DNA of 64,000 nt from assembly GCA_000165345.1 (NCBI GenBank), contig CM000431.1, positions 128,001-192,000 of the forward strand, written 5' to 3'. This document shows, piece after piece, positions 61,397 through 64,000 of the stretch (position 1 is its first letter; every line of letters begins with the position of its first letter). Below the pieces are notes generated by a model. That model saw only the letters and a list, made by a program, of their open reading frames with translations, was not told where the DNA came from and did no database searches. The position numbers were made by a program, and so were the translations under genes.

Positions 61397-63454
61397 ATGG
61401 AAGAGAAAATCGACAGGAAAGATTTTTTCTCAGTAGAGCTTGAAAATGGACAAGTAGAACCTGAATCATCTCCAATATATAGAAATCCTAGTTATTCTAA
61501 AGGTGAATTATCAAATTTACAAGGTTTAAATGCAAACAATTTATGGGAACTATTTGTAAATTCTGTAAATAAATATAAGAATAAAAAATGTCTTGGAACA
61601 AGAAAACTAAATAGAGATGGAACTTATGGAGAATATGTATTTAAAAGCTATGAAGAATTGAAAGAAGAGGCTTTAAATATTGGTATTAATATTTTAAAGA
61701 TGGATTTATGCCCAATAAGAAAATATGAAGATAATGAATATCAAAAAGAAATTAGTATGATGGGTATATTGAGTAGAAATAGAGAAGAATGGTATTTAAC
61801 AGAACATGCATGTAATGCATTTGGAATTTGTTTAGCTCCTTTATATGATACTTTGGGAGAAGATAATTTAAAATTTATACTGGTGCAAACACAATTAAAA
61901 AGTCTATGTATTTCAAATGATAGTTTAGAAAAGATTATATCAATTATTGAAAGATCTATAATTGATTCAACCAGAGATTCAATATTAATAAAAAATTTGA
62001 TATGCTTTGATCATCCAACAACAGAAATTAATCAGAGAGCTAAGAATTTAGATATTAATTTGATTTTATTCAAGAATTTACAAGAAAAAGTCAGTAAGAA
62101 AGATAAAGAAATATACAAACCCAAAAAAATTAAACCAGATGATATGTGTTCAATACATTTTACATCGGGAACTACTGGATATCCAAAAGGAGCAATATTA
62201 ACACATCGTTGTTTTTTAGCATGCGTAAAAAGTTCATATGAACATTTATTTTCAGAGAAAGAAATACAATTAGATAATGAAGATGCACATTTATCTTATC
62301 TTCCAATGGCACATATATTTGAAAGATTAATTGTAATGAATGCTTATTATTTGGGAATACCAATTGGTATATTTAGTGGTAGTGTAACAAGATTAATGAG
62401 TGATTCACAAGAATTAAAACCAACAATATTAGTTTGTGTACCACAAGTCTTAACAAGAATTATTCAAACAGTTAATGATAAAATTAGTCAATCAAACTTT
62501 TTAGTAAGAACAGTATTTCATAAAGCATTGAAACAAAAAGAAAGTATTATTAAAACAAAAGGAGATCCAACACATTGGTTATGGGATAGAATTATTTTTA
62601 GTAATACAAGACAGATATTAGGTGGAAAATTGAAAGCTATAATAAGTGGAGCAGCACCATTAGGTTTAGAAGTAAATCATAAAATACAAGCAATTTTTTG
62701 TTGTAAATTAATTGAAGGATTTGGTATGTCAGAATGTATTGGTACTTTAGGTACAAGATATTCATATGCACATTTAGGTACTGTTGGTGGTCCATTTAGT
62801 GATGTAGAAGTCAAATTAACATCAGTATTAGAAATGGGGTATGATTCAACAAAAGAACCAAGAAGAGGATTATTAAAGATAAGAGGTAACAGTGTATGTA
62901 AAGGTTACTTTAGGGATATAATCAATAGTAAAGAATTGATTGATAGTAATGGTTGGTTAGATACTGGTGATATAGCAGAAAGACAACAAGATGGCTCATT
63001 TAAGATTATTGATAGAAAGAAATCATTATTTAAATTGTCTCAAGGTGAATATATTTCACCAGAAAGAATTGAGGGAATATATTTATCATCATCATCATTA
63101 ATTCAACATGTATATGTATATGGTCAATCAACTGATAGATTTTTAGTAGCTTTAATATTCCCAAATGAGCAAGCATTAAGAAAATGGTCGGAAGATAAAG
63201 GAATGAATACTTTATCATTATCTTTGGAAGAATTATGTGAATCTCATGAATTATTTGATGAATTGAATGATTCTTTTCATAAAGCTGAATTAAGTTCAAA
63301 TTTATTTGGTTTTGAGAGAATACATAAATTTAAAGTAATTCCTGAGGTTTTAAGTACTTCAAATGGATTATTAACACCAACTATGAAGATTGTGAGAAAT
63401 AAAGTCAATTCAAAGTATAAGGAAGTTTTGAATACTTTAAGATCACAAATTTGA
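61397..63454 (+). CDS. Long-chain fatty acyl-CoA synthetase (AMP-binding superfamily).
   Basis: AMP-binding motif I HFTSGTTGYPKGAILTHR, motif II EGFGMSECIG and motif III DTGDIAERQQDGSFKIIDRKK. The 685-aa length is typical of eukaryotic LACS. Confidence 0.9.
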   Translation: MEEKIDRKDFFSVELENGQVEPESSPIYRNPSYSKGELSNLQGLNANNLWELFVNSVNKYKNKKCLGTRKLNRDGTYGEYVFKSYEELKEEALNIGINILKMDLCPIRKYEDNEYQKEISMMGILSRNREEWYLTEHACNAFGICLAPLYDTLGEDNLKFILVQTQLKSLCISNDSLEKIISIIERSIIDSTRDSILIKNLICFDHPTTEINQRAKNLDINLILFKNLQEKVSKKDKEIYKPKKIKPDDMCSIHFTSGTTGYPKGAILTHRCFLACVKSSYEHLFSEKEIQLDNEDAHLSYLPMAHIFERLIVMNAYYLGIPIGIFSGSVTRLMSDSQELKPTILVCVPQVLTRIIQTVNDKISQSNFLVRTVFHKALKQKESIIKTKGDPTHWLWDRIIFSNTRQILGGKLKAIISGAAPLGLEVNHKIQAIFCCKLIEGFGMSECIGTLGTRYSYAHLGTVGGPFSDVEVKLTSVLEMGYDSTKEPRRGLLKIRGNSVCKGYFRDIINSKELIDSNGWLDTGDIAERQQDGSFKIIDRKKSLFKLSQGEYISPERIEGIYLSSSSLIQHVYVYGQSTDRFLVALIFPNEQALRKWSEDKGMNTLSLSLEELCESHELFDELNDSFHKAELSSNLFGFERIHKFKVIPEVLSTSNGLLTPTMKIVRNKVNSKYKEVLNTLRSQI

Positions 63455-63703
63455 TTATGAAAATAATATATAACTTATTTATATATTTTTTTTCTCTTTT
63501 TTTTTAATAATAATTTTTTGTATTATTATTTTCTATATATTTTCCAATACTTAATTTCTTTATTATAAATATGATTTATTAACTTGTTTGTATTTATGTA
63601 ATTGATGATATACTTAGTAGTTTTTGTTTAATGGAATATTTGAATTTGGATTTTAGATTGTTTAAGACTTGGAATCCTCTAATATAGATTCAAATGTAGG
63701 ATT

Positions 63704-63724
63704 TTTAGGTTTAGGGTTTTTAGG
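63704..63724. repeat. Telomere-type hexamer repeats TTTAGG-TTTAGGG-TTTTTAGG (Cryptosporidium-type telomere unit) at the proximal edge of the subtelomeric array.
   Basis: aggatttttaggtttagggtttttaggcctaa. Confidence 0.6.
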
Positions 63725-64000
63725 CCTAATTCCAAGTTTAGGACTCTCAGGCCTAAATTCCAGGCCTAACTTCCAAGCCTAATTCCAAGTTTAGAACTCA
63801 CAGGACTAAATTCCAGGCCTAACTTTCAAGCCTAATTCCAAGTTTAGAACTCACAGGCCTAAATTCCAGGCCTAATTCCAAGCCTAGGATTTCCCACCTA
63901 AATCCAGGCCTAACTTCCAATGACTAAATTCCGAGCATAAATTCAAGTCCTAAATTCCAAGTTTAGAACTCTCAGGCCTAAATTCCAGGCCTAATTCCAA
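63725..64000. repeat. Subtelomeric tandem repeat of about 54 bp with embedded CCTAAA (telomere C-strand) motifs. At least 4 to 5 copies run to the window end.
   Basis: Unit ttccaagtttagaactc[at]caggcctaaattccaggcctaa[ct]ttccaagcctaa recurs at about 63730, 63784, 63838 and 63955, with one longer degenerate copy. Confidence 0.7.

Noticed and set aside
60878-61475. Minus-strand ORFs 60878..61060, 61054..61272 and 61269..61475
   Set aside because: They lie in the extremely AT-rich (roughly 10% GC) region upstream of the acyl-CoA synthetase gene. Their translations are runs of I/L/F/K/Y, typical of random ORFs in AT-rich DNA.
1-64000. A prokaryotic defence system, mobile element, integron or prophage
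   Set aside because: No integrase, transposase or recombinase motifs were found. There are no inverted terminal repeats flanking a gene block and no operon-like co-directional packing with RBS spacing. Every gene shows eukaryotic hallmarks (introns, signal peptides, eukaryote-specific families).

Overview
This window reads as a eukaryotic subtelomeric region from an apicomplexan, most consistent with Cryptosporidium, not a prokaryotic locus. The sequence is AT-rich and compact, with short divergent promoters and mostly single-exon genes plus a few short GTAAGT..AG introns. TGGCGCCA (E2F-like) and GCATGCA promoter motifs recur throughout. TTTAGG telomere-type repeats and a ~54-bp tandem repeat array occupy the 3' end.

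The ORF track shows only ORFs with a stop inside the window and translates GTG/TTG starts as M, so it misses some genes. It misses:
- a large VPS13-like gene on the minus strand (1..8083) that runs off the window start
- several spliced genes

I can support about 25 protein-coding genes:
- VPS13-like lipid-transfer protein (partial)
- C-type-lectin mucin (CpClec-like), two exons
- Cet1-type RNA triphosphatase, three exons
- FOPNL/FOR20-like LisH protein, three exons
- Cys-type glutathione peroxidase
- amino-acid transporter
- a small unannotated three-exon membrane protein
- a tandem triplet of SLC35C/GDP-fucose-transporter-like genes
- a protein with three PAN/Apple domains
- a 2285-aa Ser-rich secreted protein
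- a head-to-head pair of MFS-like transporters
- a secreted Gly-loop-less kinase-like protein
- two secreted or membrane proteins of unknown function
- a TM-MORN-DUF900 alpha/beta-hydrolase fusion
- a 1440-aa secreted protein built of about 8 copies of an unrecognised Cys-bracketed hairpin module
- a tetraspan protein with a Q/N/Y-rich tail
- a secreted protein with KE-rich 15-aa tandem repeats (frameshifted, next to an N-gap)
- a long-chain acyl-CoA synthetase, the last gene before the repeats

There is also a tRNA-Glu(CUC).

I found no CRISPR, transposon or prokaryotic defence-system signature. The candidates for novelty are eukaryotic: the repeat-module secreted protein, the TM-MORN-DUF900 fusion, the kinase-like protein, the SLC35C triplet and the subtelomeric repeat structure.

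All calls come from reading the sequence by eye. Homology statements rest on remembered family motifs, not on searches.
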